This document shows positions 8,443 through 18,300 of a stretch of DNA of 64,000 bases, in pieces. Both the position numbers and the translations under genes were made by a program. How positions within the stretch are numbered: the first letter of the stretch is position 1; the number at the start of each line of letters is the position of its first letter. The stretch lies in assembly GCA_963765495.1 (NCBI GenBank), contig CAVXWP010000015.1, positions 32,001 to 96,000 on the forward strand, written 5' to 3'. The stretch is from Blastocatellia bacterium (GTDB lineage Bacteria; Acidobacteriota; Blastocatellia; UBA7656). The notes under the pieces are model-generated. The model saw nothing but the letters and a program-made list of their open reading frames with translations. It had not been told where the DNA came from and did no database searches.

Positions 8443-9389
8443 CGAGAGAGCCACTCCTGTGGCTGGAAGAATTTCCAGGCTTCGGCCTCGCGTGTGCCCG
8501 GCTCCGGGCGATAATCGTATTCCCATCTCACGAGCGGCGGCAGCGACATCAGTATGGATTCAGCGCGTCCGCGTGTCTCAAGTCCGAATTGCGTACCGCG
8601 ATCATAGACCAGATTGAATTCAACGTAACGGCCCCGGCGAATGAGTTGAAAGTGGCGCTCGCGTTCGGTGTAAGGCTCGTTCATACGACGTTCGGCTATG
8701 GGGAGATAAGCGGGCAGAAAGGCGCGCCCCAGTCCCTGAACCATCTCGAAAACAAATTCGATGCCGCGCGAGTGCTCCGGTCGCTTTTCATCCGCATCTA
8801 TGAGCGGGCCTTCGTGCTCGCCCGTCAGATAGTCGAAAAAGATGCCGCCGATCCCGCGAGTTTCGCCTCGATGTTTGATAAAGAAATATTCGTCGCACCA
8901 CTTCTTGAATTTCGGATAAAGGGCCGCATCGAATGTGTCGCACGCCTCTTTCAGCGTGCGGTGAAAATGGATCACATCTTCCAGGTAGGGATAGTAAGGC
9001 GTCAAATCCGCGCCGCCGCCAAACCACCCGCGCGAGCCGCGCTCGAAGTGGCGGAAGTTGGCGTGGACCGTGGGCACCATCGGGTTCAGCGGATGAAGAA
9101 CGAGCGATACGCCGCTTGCGGAAAACTCAAAACCTTCGCCTACTGGGAGTTTGGCCGCGAATGCGGCGTCGAGTTTTCCGTGGACTTCGGAAAAGTTCAC
9201 ACCGGCTTTTTCAAAAACGCTGCCGCCTTCCAGTACTCGCGTACGCCCGCCGCCGCCGCCTTCCCTCTGCCAGATATCCTGGCGAAAGGTGGCCGCGCCA
9301 TCAAGTTGTTCGATGGCCGCGCATATCTCGTCCTGAAGTCCGGCAAAAAAATTACTGGCCTGCTCTTTAAGCGGACTTGCGCTGCTCAT
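8427..9389 (-). CDS. hemF: Oxygen-dependent coproporphyrinogen III oxidase
   Basis: FEKAGVNFS, HPLNPMVPTVHANFR, WFGGGADLTP, RGRYVEFNLVYDRGT.FGL. Confidence 0.96.
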   Translation of the reverse strand: MSSASPLKEQASNFFAGLQDEICAAIEQLDGAATFRQDIWQREGGGGGRTRVLEGGSVFEKAGVNFSEVHGKLDAAFAAKLPVGEGFEFSASGVSLVLHPLNPMVPTVHANFRHFERGSRGWFGGGADLTPYYPYLEDVIHFHRTLKEACDTFDAALYPKFKKWCDEYFFIKHRGETRGIGGIFFDYLTGEHEGPLIDADEKRPEHSRGIEFVFEMVQGLGRAFLPAYLPIAERRMNEPYTERERHFQLIRRGRYVEFNLVYDRGTQFGLETRGRAESILMSLPPLVRWEYDYRPEPGTREAEAWKFFQPQEWLSRRDEG

Positions 9390-9538
9390 TTTCCCGCTCC
9401 TTCCCCGACCGATTCGCGCCCAACCTGCCCCATAAAGGTTTTCGTTGCCAAAGGCGAAATCAAGAAGGTATCATATTCACATACTCACAGAAAACTGAAT
9501 AAGCAGTTTAGAGAGTAGTTCTGAGTGGAGGAATTGCA

Positions 9539-10126
9539 ATGCGCGTAATCCGAAACCTTTCACCCGCCTGTAGCGCAGGTTTTTCTGTCGTTCTGGCGCT
9601 GTTGCTGCTGACCGCAGTGGAAGCCGCGCAGGATACGGCGCTTTCAAAAATAAAGATCAAGAATTTTGGTTGTGTGAATCAGAACTATTATCGCGGCGCT
9701 CAACCGCAGGGTCAGGATTACCGGGACCTTGCCGGGCTCGGTGTCCGCATGGTCATTGACCTTGAGCGCGAAGGCGATGCAAACGAACAGCAAGAGGTCG
9801 AAGCGGCGGGAATGAAATTCCATCGCATGGAGATGAGCGACAAGTCGCGGCCCACATTTGAACAGGCCGAAGAGTTTCTGAAGATGGCTAATGATCCGGC
9901 AAATCAACCCGTCTTTGTTCACTGCCACGGCGGTCGCCATCGCACGGGAGCGATGACGGCTATTTATCGCATAGCCAACCAAGGATGGACCGCAGACATC
10001 GCATATGACGAGATGAAGCGCTATGACTTTGGACACGGCATCGGGCATGGCCCTCTCAAAGAATTTGTTTACGATTACTACAAACGAACGAACAACAAGG
10101 GTGCGGTGATCGACTCGGCAAAGTGA
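9539..10126 (+). CDS. Secreted dual-specificity/tyrosine phosphatase family protein
   Basis: Signal peptide; NFG.V...YRGAQP; HCHGGRHRTG (CX5R). Confidence 0.85.
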   Translation: MRVIRNLSPACSAGFSVVLALLLLTAVEAAQDTALSKIKIKNFGCVNQNYYRGAQPQGQDYRDLAGLGVRMVIDLEREGDANEQQEVEAAGMKFHRMEMSDKSRPTFEQAEEFLKMANDPANQPVFVHCHGGRHRTGAMTAIYRIANQGWTADIAYDEMKRYDFGHGIGHGPLKEFVYDYYKRTNNKGAVIDSAK

Positions 10127-10170
10127 TCCCCGCAAGATAAAATTCAGCAGCCCCTCGGGAGTACAAATTG

Positions 10171-10872
10171 ATGAAGTTTCGATTCGGCAGCGTGCTAGCC
10201 CTCGCCCTTGCGCTCCTTGTGCAGCCAATAGCTTTTGCACAGAGCGCACCGCAATACAAAGAACTGCCCAATTTCGGTCAGGTGGACGAGCACCTCTATC
10301 GAGGCGCGCAGCCTCGCAGTGGAGGCATAGAAAAACTCGCCTCGCTCGGCATAAAGACGATCATTGATCTTCGCGGCGCATCGAGCCGGTCGCGTCAGGA
10401 AGAGCGTCAGGCAAAGGCCTCGGGGTTGAATTACCACAACATCCCTATGCCCGGCTGGGGACGCCCTACAAACGAGCAGGTGGCTCGCGTGATGGCGATC
10501 ATTGACGAGCCGGAAAATCAGCCCGTCTTTGTTCATTGCCGCAGAGGTTCTGACCGCACGGGAGTCATAGTGGCCTGTTATCGTATCAGCCACGACGATT
10601 GGAAAGAGGATCAGGTAAGGGCTGAGGCAAGCAAGTATGGTATGGCGTGGTATCAGTTCTGGATTAAAGACTATGCCTCAGATTACTACCGCGCGTGCGA
10701 GGCGAGGAAAAAAGAGGATTCCGAGGCGGCAGACAAAGGCTTTGCGCCCAAAAGCGATGACTTTGGAGATAAAATCGGCCACGGTTTTACGCTGCTCGAA
10801 CGGGCGGCGCGCAAGGGGGAGACGGCGCTTGTGTCTCTCTTCCATAAGACCGCGCACAGCGAGTCGAACTGA
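10171..10872 (+). CDS. Secreted dual-specificity/tyrosine phosphatase family protein (paralog)
   Basis: Signal peptide ending AFA; PNFGQVDEHLYRGAQP; HCRRGSDRTG (CX5R). Confidence 0.85.
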   Translation: MKFRFGSVLALALALLVQPIAFAQSAPQYKELPNFGQVDEHLYRGAQPRSGGIEKLASLGIKTIIDLRGASSRSRQEERQAKASGLNYHNIPMPGWGRPTNEQVARVMAIIDEPENQPVFVHCRRGSDRTGVIVACYRISHDDWKEDQVRAEASKYGMAWYQFWIKDYASDYYRACEARKKEDSEAADKGFAPKSDDFGDKIGHGFTLLERAARKGETALVSLFHKTAHSESN

Positions 10873-10875
10873 GTT

Positions 10876-12042
10876 CTATTTGCCCGAGCCATTTGAATAG
10901 ATGGTTTCAAAGCGTCCGATCATCGAGCGCAAACCATAATTTTCAGAAGCGAGCCGTTGTCCTCGCGCACCCATCCGTGCGGCGCGTTCGGGGTCGCTCA
11001 ATACTTCAATCAAGGCGCGGGCAAGCGCGCGGGCATCCTTTGGCGGAAAAAGCAGCCCGGTCTCTTTATCGCGCACCACCGAGGGCAGATCGCCCACGGA
11101 TGACGCCACGACGGGCAGCCCGGCAGACATTGCTTCGAGCACGGCAATGGGCAGACCCTCGCGGTCAGACGACAGGACGAAAACATCAGAAGCCGCAAGA
11201 ATACGCGCTACATCGCGCCTCACTCCGAGCATTTGCACATTCCGGTCAAGCCCGAGACGCGAAATCTCTTTTTGAATCGAATCTCGCTCCACGCCTTCGC
11301 CTACGACGAGCAACTTTGCGTTTTCCATGCGGCGGGTTACTTCTGCAAATGCCTCAAGCAGCAACCTGTGATTCTTTTCGGGAAAGAGCCGGGCGACTAT
11401 CGTAACCACGCGGTCCGTTTCGCCAAGCGCAAGCGCGCGCCGGGCTTCGCTTTTCGACTCTGAAAAGGCTGACGTATCAACCCCCGCGCGAATGATCTCA
11501 AGCTTGTCGGAAGGGATGCCTACCTGCTCGCGCAGAACCTCCGCTCCGTCGCGGCCTATGGCTATTACTTTATCGCAGAAGAGAGAGAGAATGCGGAGCG
11601 CCACTCTGAGCCGTCTGCGTTTGAAACATTCGATAGAATGCTCTGTGTGGATAATTCGCGCGCCCGAAAGCCTGGCTCCGAGCGCGCTGTAAAAGAGTTG
11701 ATTAAAGTGATGTGTTTGAACCACCTCAACTCTGGCCTTGCGAAACAGTTTATAGAGCCGCCACATCAATTTGAAATCCAGGCCGGGGCGGCGATTCATT
11801 ATCTGATAAGGGATTCCCGCTTCTTTGATTTCGCCTTCGAGCGCGCCGCCCTGATCCACGGCGCACAGCATACTGCGGTATCGGTCGCGGTCCAGATTTG
11901 AGGCGATGGTAAGGGCGTACATCTCTGACCCTCCCGCGACAAGCGACCATGTCACCTGCATGACCACGCTCGGGTCGGATGCTGCTTCGATCTGACTGCG
12001 AGTTCCAAACTCTGTAGTTTGCACGAAGGCTCTTTCGGTCAC
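10876..12042 (-). CDS. Glycosyltransferase family 4
   Basis: GGSE, VARLFPEKNH, SSDREGLPIAVLEAM; GTG 12042 after GGAG chosen over TTG 12147. Confidence 0.9.
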   Translation of the reverse strand: MTERAFVQTTEFGTRSQIEAASDPSVVMQVTWSLVAGGSEMYALTIASNLDRDRYRSMLCAVDQGGALEGEIKEAGIPYQIMNRRPGLDFKLMWRLYKLFRKARVEVVQTHHFNQLFYSALGARLSGARIIHTEHSIECFKRRRLRVALRILSLFCDKVIAIGRDGAEVLREQVGIPSDKLEIIRAGVDTSAFSESKSEARRALALGETDRVVTIVARLFPEKNHRLLLEAFAEVTRRMENAKLLVVGEGVERDSIQKEISRLGLDRNVQMLGVRRDVARILAASDVFVLSSDREGLPIAVLEAMSAGLPVVASSVGDLPSVVRDKETGLLFPPKDARALARALIEVLSDPERAARMGARGQRLASENYGLRSMIGRFETIYSNGSGK

Positions 12043-12240
12043 AACTCTCTCCAAAGCGGTCTTTCCCTCTCTGATGAATAAAATGGTTAATGATTGAATA
12101 TTTCTATAAATCGCTTTAAGCAAATCGGTTAATAGGCCGAGGGCCAATTGTGGAGCCGCAATTTAATCGAAATCCAGCCTGAAAATGAAGCCTCATTGAG
12201 CATTTAGCAGAATCTGGACGAAGTAGGTTGCGTCTACGGT

Positions 12241-13461
12241 ATGAACAAGGGTGATTTAAGCGGCTTTATTATGACCTCAAAAGGCCCCGATCTCTTTAGC
12301 AAGCTGGCAATCTCTTTTCCGTGGCTTGTGCGCTATCCCGGCTGGCGTGCGGGCGAGCTTTTCAGGCGGTTTACCGAGCCGGGCACGCCCCCCCATCTGA
12401 TCTTTATCGTAGCGAACCACTTCGAGCCAAGCTGGACCCCGAAGGGATTTTTGACCGACCTGAGCACGCAACTTTCCCGATTGGACGTATGGCTCAAGAA
12501 GGCTCGCGCCATCGGCAAGACTGTATTTGATTCAGACGGGACCCCGTTTCGCCATACCTATTTTTACCCGGCCGAGCAGTATCACGCGCCGTTGCTTGAA
12601 GGGCTTGCCGAGTTGCAGTCGGAAGGATTGGGCGAGGTCGAGGTGCATCTGCATCACGGGGTCAAGAAGCCCGATAACGCGGCAAATCTCAGGCGCACAA
12701 TAGAAGATTTTCGTGATGCTCTGGCAGAAGAGCACAGATGTCTGTCTCGCAAAGACGGCGCAGGCCCGCCCGTTTACGCCTTTGTTCATGGCAACTGGGC
12801 GCTGGCCAACGCGGCAAACGGCATCTGCTGCGGCGTGGATTCAGAGATGCAAATACTTGCCGAGACGGGCTGCTACGCCGATTTCACGCTTCCCTCGATT
12901 ATGCATCCGGCGCAGGTTCCGCGCATCAACTCTATTTATGAATGCGGCGGCCCGCTCGACGAGCGGAGCCCGCATCGCACGGGGCCGAATCTCAGCGTAG
13001 GCAGACAGCCATCACTGCCCGTATTGTTTACAGGCCCGACGGTCTTCGATTGGCGGCGGCGCAAACGCGGGTTTCCCGTGCCGAGAGTCGATGACGGCAT
13101 GCTTGCGGCGAGCTATCCCATAGACCGGGCGCGGTTGCGGCGCTGGCGCAACGCGAGAATTACCATAGAGGGGCGACCCGATTGGGTCTTTGTAAAGCTC
13201 TACTGCCACGGTTTCTTTCCCGAAGATCAGGACACAGTGATAGGCGAGTCTGGCAGGCGATTGTGGATGGATGCGCTCGAACTGGCAGATCGGACGGGAG
13301 ATTTCAAGGTGCACTTCGCAACGGCTCGCGAGGCGTTCAACATGGCTATGGCGGCAATCGAGGGGCGCGAAGGCGAACCGGGGCTATACAGAGATTATCA
13401 GCTGCGCCAGATCATGCAGACCTGTTCAGGCTCAGAGTCTGCCGCAAGCAAAATTGCTTAG
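12241..13461 (+). CDS. Hypothetical protein, probable metal-dependent deacetylase/hydrolase-fold enzyme
   Basis: ANHFEP, HTYFYPAEQY, EVHLHH, FVHGNWAL, DFTLPS, KLYCHG motifs; start may be 12271. Confidence 0.6.
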   Translation: MNKGDLSGFIMTSKGPDLFSKLAISFPWLVRYPGWRAGELFRRFTEPGTPPHLIFIVANHFEPSWTPKGFLTDLSTQLSRLDVWLKKARAIGKTVFDSDGTPFRHTYFYPAEQYHAPLLEGLAELQSEGLGEVEVHLHHGVKKPDNAANLRRTIEDFRDALAEEHRCLSRKDGAGPPVYAFVHGNWALANAANGICCGVDSEMQILAETGCYADFTLPSIMHPAQVPRINSIYECGGPLDERSPHRTGPNLSVGRQPSLPVLFTGPTVFDWRRRKRGFPVPRVDDGMLAASYPIDRARLRRWRNARITIEGRPDWVFVKLYCHGFFPEDQDTVIGESGRRLWMDALELADRTGDFKVHFATAREAFNMAMAAIEGREGEPGLYRDYQLRQIMQTCSGSESAASKIA

Positions 13462-13492
13462 AGTCTAATTTGAGATTTGAGATCTCAGATAA

Positions 13493-15292
13493 ATGCGAGT
13501 GAAAGAAATTCTTAGCTGGCTTAATGAGGCGCTACCTATGATGGAATTGACACGAAGGCACACAGGTGATCTGGTCAGGAAGGTTTTCGAGTTGCTTCAG
13601 GCTCACCCGGAAGGGCTTCCGGCCGACGCCGTCTATGATGGGGTAGAGAGATATTTCGCGGCAGAATCCGGGCTTGCCGCTCGCGCCCCCACGAGATTTA
13701 ACAGGGTTTATGAAGAGGCCACGGAGTTTGGGATCATCGCGCCCGCAAAGGCGGGGTGGCTCGTCAAGGAGAAGGATCGATGGCTTGTGACCGATGAAGG
13801 GCGGCGAGCGTTTGCCCGGTTCACGGACCCCGAGCAGTTTCTCACAGAAGCGGGGCGGTTATCGGTAAAAGGGTGGCTCTCGGTCAATTGCCCGCGCCTT
13901 TACCCTCTGGCGAGCAGGATCAAATACCAGACGATGATCGAGTACAGGCTTGTGCGGCGAGTCGGAGTCCGTCAGCTTTTTGGAAATGCCTTTGGGAAAA
14001 CGGAATGGCAGAAAATCTTGCCGCTGCAAAAACCTCGCCGCTTTGCGATTGACGGATTGAACCTGATGAGCATCGAAGCCTTGCAGAACCATCTGAGATC
14101 GGTTGGAGCCCGATACTCAGAAGGCGGCAATACCATCTATATCCCGCCCGCATCGCTCCCCCTGACCGCGTTTCGCAAGCTCGCCGAAAACTATCCGCAG
14201 GATGCCGGAATCAAGATCATCAAGACTATTGGCGGCGTGGACGAAAGCCGCTATGTGCACGGCTCTCACAAAAAGGTCAGCAAGATGCACGTCAAGCTCA
14301 CGCACGAGTTGCGCCACCTTGCTCTTGTGGCCAATCTGTTGTTCAGCAAAGAGCTTGGACCCAGGCTTTACGATCTGATCGAATTGCAATGCGGCGATCA
14401 TCTATGGACCGCGTATGTGACCGCGCACGTCGAGGGCAGAGAGCCGTCCATCGAAGAATGCGAGGCCGGGCTTGGTAGAATCCGCCGGATGGAGGGCGAG
14501 CGCCTGATCAAAGTCACCATCCCCGATGGATATGAAGATGAAGATTTCGAGCCGCCTTCGTGCAACGGAAACGCCTTCATGGACGAGGCGGGAAAATTTC
14601 ACTACATAGATTTTCAAAACTTCCTTCTGTTGAATTACGGCGCGTATCTGAAACAGATCGCGGCAGAGGCTGCTGCACAGACTCATTTCGGAGACAAGAG
14701 TTTGCTGCGCGGCGGAAACTATCTGTACCAGTCAATCCCCGGCGTGGCGATGGTCGGAAAGCGCGGCGTGGAAGAGAGAATGGATGTCTTCGCCGAGTTG
14801 ATGAGTATCGCGGGCGTATCAATAGAAGATCGGCTGGTGCTCGACATAGGCTGTAACATAGGCATGATGATGGCTCAGTATTTGAAGCTTGGAGCCGCGT
14901 GGTGTCACGGTTGGGACCGGGCTATTGTCACGCCGCACACCGAGCAATTATTGCTCGCGCTCGGCTGCACAAGGTTTTCTACTACGGGCGGCGACATCAC
15001 ACACGACCAGCCAATCGAGGCGAATCTGCCAGCCTTCCTCAGACCTGTGCTCGCGGGATGCGTAATATCTTATCTTGCGATTCAGGGTCACGTGGGCTGG
15101 CTCGAAGCGCTTGCTCGCCTGCCGTGGTCATTCCTGATTTATGAAGGACACGAGTCGGACACGCGAAAGGATTTCGAGCGCAACATCGAGGAACTCGCAA
15201 AACAGGTGAGTTTCAAAGTTGCCGGGATAAGGAGCTACAGGGACGGAGACTGCGACCCGCGAGATGTGGCCATACTGATTCGTAATGCGTAG
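13493..15292 (+). CDS. Fusion of an Mrr_N-like winged helix, a kinase-like domain and a class I SAM-dependent methyltransferase
   Basis: KAGWLVKEKDRWLVTDEG (wHTH); GIKII, LGPRLYD, D...N...YIDF (kinase-like); VLDIGCNIG (SAM motif I); start may be 13538. Confidence 0.6.
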   Translation: MRVKEILSWLNEALPMMELTRRHTGDLVRKVFELLQAHPEGLPADAVYDGVERYFAAESGLAARAPTRFNRVYEEATEFGIIAPAKAGWLVKEKDRWLVTDEGRRAFARFTDPEQFLTEAGRLSVKGWLSVNCPRLYPLASRIKYQTMIEYRLVRRVGVRQLFGNAFGKTEWQKILPLQKPRRFAIDGLNLMSIEALQNHLRSVGARYSEGGNTIYIPPASLPLTAFRKLAENYPQDAGIKIIKTIGGVDESRYVHGSHKKVSKMHVKLTHELRHLALVANLLFSKELGPRLYDLIELQCGDHLWTAYVTAHVEGREPSIEECEAGLGRIRRMEGERLIKVTIPDGYEDEDFEPPSCNGNAFMDEAGKFHYIDFQNFLLLNYGAYLKQIAAEAAAQTHFGDKSLLRGGNYLYQSIPGVAMVGKRGVEERMDVFAELMSIAGVSIEDRLVLDIGCNIGMMMAQYLKLGAAWCHGWDRAIVTPHTEQLLLALGCTRFSTTGGDITHDQPIEANLPAFLRPVLAGCVISYLAIQGHVGWLEALARLPWSFLIYEGHESDTRKDFERNIEELAKQVSFKVAGIRSYRDGDCDPRDVAILIRNA

Positions 15293-15374
15293 ACAGGATT
15301 AACAAGATTTAGAAACGCGGATTCAACAAGATTCTATTCTTGTTGAATCCCTCAAAAATCCTGTTAATCCTGTC
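15292..15374. repeat. Inverted 9-mer element (ACAGGATT family); probable bidirectional terminator hairpin
   Basis: GACAGGATTAACA/TGTTAATCCTGTC outer and GGATTCAACAAGA/TCTTGTTGAATCC inner inverted repeats between convergent genes. Confidence 0.75.
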
Positions 15375-15385
15375 AAAAACGCCGA

Positions 15386-18300
15386 CTAGCCTAACCCTAA
15401 CCTTCGCCTGATTGCTTCAATCGATCTATCATTTATTAAAGCAAACCAGACCTTTTCAACCTGCGATTCGGTGGCTTTGTCGAAGCTTTCCGCCACAACG
15501 CCGTTTGACGCGGGCACAAGAACCACATTGCCGACCGACCCGTTCAGGGCTACAAACGAGGTGTCAACCAGCAACGGATAGGAAGGCGCTTTCTGGCTCG
15601 TGTAGAAGCGTGTGCCGTTCTTGTAATACTTGACGACGCCTCCCTCTACCGCGATGCGGAAAACGTCTCCGGTCGCATACGACAGGTCCCACTTATAAAC
15701 ATTATTCTCACGAACGGCGGCGATGCCTATGTCGGTCAACTTGATGCCGAAATCAATGTCTTCCGGCGTAGTGTCGTCATTGCCCTTGCTCAAGCCGATG
15801 TACCGCTCCTTGTTCGTTTCCGTGGCCGTGAACTCCATATAGCCGTCGCCTGATACGAGAACCTGTTGAGAGACTGCCCCGGCATCCGGCGAATCGTCCC
15901 GGCCGGAACTCTTTCTGAGCGAATTGCCCGTAGCCGTGCAATTGACGATACTCGTCCAGACCACGGCCTGGCTTCCGCCGCCGCCGCCACCGCCGCCGCT
16001 TGAAGAAGTGGCGAAAGTGAAATCTGCCGACACAGCTTGATTACCAGCCGCGTCCCTGGACTTGACTCTGAAGTGATAGGTAGTGCCCGAAGACAACCCC
16101 GTGAGCGCAAGAGAATGGCTTGTGACAAGAGAGGTGTTAACGGGAGTCGAAGAGCCGTAAGAGGTGGTCGAGCCGTACTCTACCTGAGAATCGCTCGCCT
16201 CGTTAGTGGTCCAGTTTACACTCGCTCCGCTCGATGTGAGATTCCCGCTCGCCACGTTGCTGATCACGGGCGGCGTGGTGTCTCCCGGTGGCGGCGGCGG
16301 AGGAGGAGGAGGAGCCGACCCGTCTGCCTTCAATTCGACTACAAAGGCATCCACACGACCCGAGCCTAAGGACTGGCCCCAGTTGGAGCTGAACATAAAC
16401 CATCGCCCGTCCTGGCTCACGTTGCCTTTAGGGAGCGCGCCGAAATCGACCGGCACACTGCGATGATGCGCGATACGCCAGACGGTAGTTTGTGTGCCGT
16501 CGGTGCGAACCGCGATTATTTCGTTATCCCATGCGCGCTGCGCGAGCCCCCGGTCGTTTCTGTATGTCGAAATCAGGACCGGCGCGAGCGCGTTTGCCTG
16601 CGCGTTGTTCCACGAAAGATGGCTGTCTATTTCATACTGCGAGGGCGTGAGCAACGGCGATATCAACTGCGTGATAGCGCCAAGGTTTGACAGGTTGAGC
16701 GAACGCCGCTGCCATACCGCGCCGTCACCCGCGCCATCGTGGTTGAGCATATAGCCGAATGCGCCTACCTTGTGGCCGCCCGAAGACGGAGCCAGCGCGA
16801 TATTGCCCGTCTGCGTATCCCATATCACCTGCCCGTTTGGACCGTCGGATGGCGATATGGTAACGTACCGCCCGCCTTTTTCGAGACGCGCATTATGAAT
16901 ATGCCATCCCAGAGACATGTTTGTGGGGTTGCCGTTGACTCTTGAAGTCACCGTATTGAGAAGAGTCTGCTGCCCCGTGGTCTTGTCCCAGACTAGGATG
17001 TAGAAATGCTGATCCTGCGACTGTCCTCCGAAATAGGTGCAGAGCTTCTGATTGACGCCTTCGGAAAGATCGCCCGTACTCCCGCTCAATCCCTGCACGA
17101 CCGTATCCAGATTAAGCAGTGTCGTGTAGGTATCGGTCTGGAAGTTGTACTGCACGATAGAACGCCCGGCCGCCCCGCCTGTACCGTAGATCAGATTGGG
17201 ATCGGAATGGCTAAATTCCGGGTTGCTCAAATTGAGCAGCAATCCGCCGCTTTCGTTGGATGTATCGCCTAAGCGCGAGGCAACCATAGTCGAAGGATTG
17301 AACGAATAAGGAACGATTTCGCCGCCTTCGCCCGTGATGAAGAAAAGCGTGCTGTTTGTATTCCAGGTGTTCTGTTCGGAAGAACTCGGACTGAAGAATG
17401 AGCGATTAGGCCGGTCAGGTCTCGTGTTGGCATCCGTGATCCGGCGTATGCGTGAGCCAAATGTCGGGTCCGTGATGAGCGTCCCGCGTCCCGTAGCGCC
17501 GCCCATGTTTGGCAAAGACGGCTCTCTTCTGGTGCTGCGGTCGGTTAAGGCGTTATAAGACATCGGCACGCTGCTTCCGCCGCCGCCACCACCGCCGCCG
17601 CTTGAAGAAGTGGCGAAAGTGAAATCTGCCGAGACGGCTTGATTACCAGCCGCGTCCCTGGACTTGACTCTGAAGTGATAGGTAGTGCCCGAAGACAACC
17701 CTGTGAGCGCAAGAGAATGGCTTGTGACAAGAGAGGTGTTAACGGGAGTCGAAGAGCCGTAAGAGGTGGTCGAGCCGTACTCTACCTGAGAATCGCTCGC
17801 CTCGTTAGTGGTCCAGTTTACACTCGCTCCGCTCGATGTGAGATTCCCGCTCGCCACGTTGCTGATCACGGGCGGCTGTGTGTCTCCGCCCGGCGCTGTC
17901 GTGAAAGTATAATCTCTTGAAACGCCAGCATTGCCCGACGGGTCTTTTGACCTCACGCGGAAATGATAGAGCGTGAGCGGCGAAAGCCCGCCAAAGGCTA
18001 CACTATGATTCAGCACCATTGCGGGGTTGAGCGCAGACACGCTGCCGTAGGCGGTCGTGGTTCCAAACTCCACCTGCGTATCGCTCGGCTCATTTGTGCG
18101 CCAGGCAACAACAACGCCCGTGGCCGAAACATTGGAAACGACTACGTTGCTGATCTCAGGCGGCTTTGTATCTTTTGGCGTTATCCGCACAACGGACGAA
18201 GCATTGACCACCGGGTTTGCGGCGCTTGCCGCCATTACGGTAAATGAGCCGGTCGCGGCAGGCGCTGTATATATTCCTTCCGTTGAGATCGCGCCGCCGC

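Noticed and set aside
8589-9518. 309-aa plus-strand ORF
   Set aside because: Antisense shadow of hemF with no motifs; typical of GC-rich codon bias
13493-15292. Call as Mrr restriction endonuclease or DNA methyltransferase
   Set aside because: No Mrr catalytic D...Q.K motif and no DPPY/NPPY or PC motif seen
15386-15480. PEP-CTERM-like sorting signal on the large protein
   Set aside because: Ends with a basic RRR cluster but has no PEP motif and no uninterrupted TM helix
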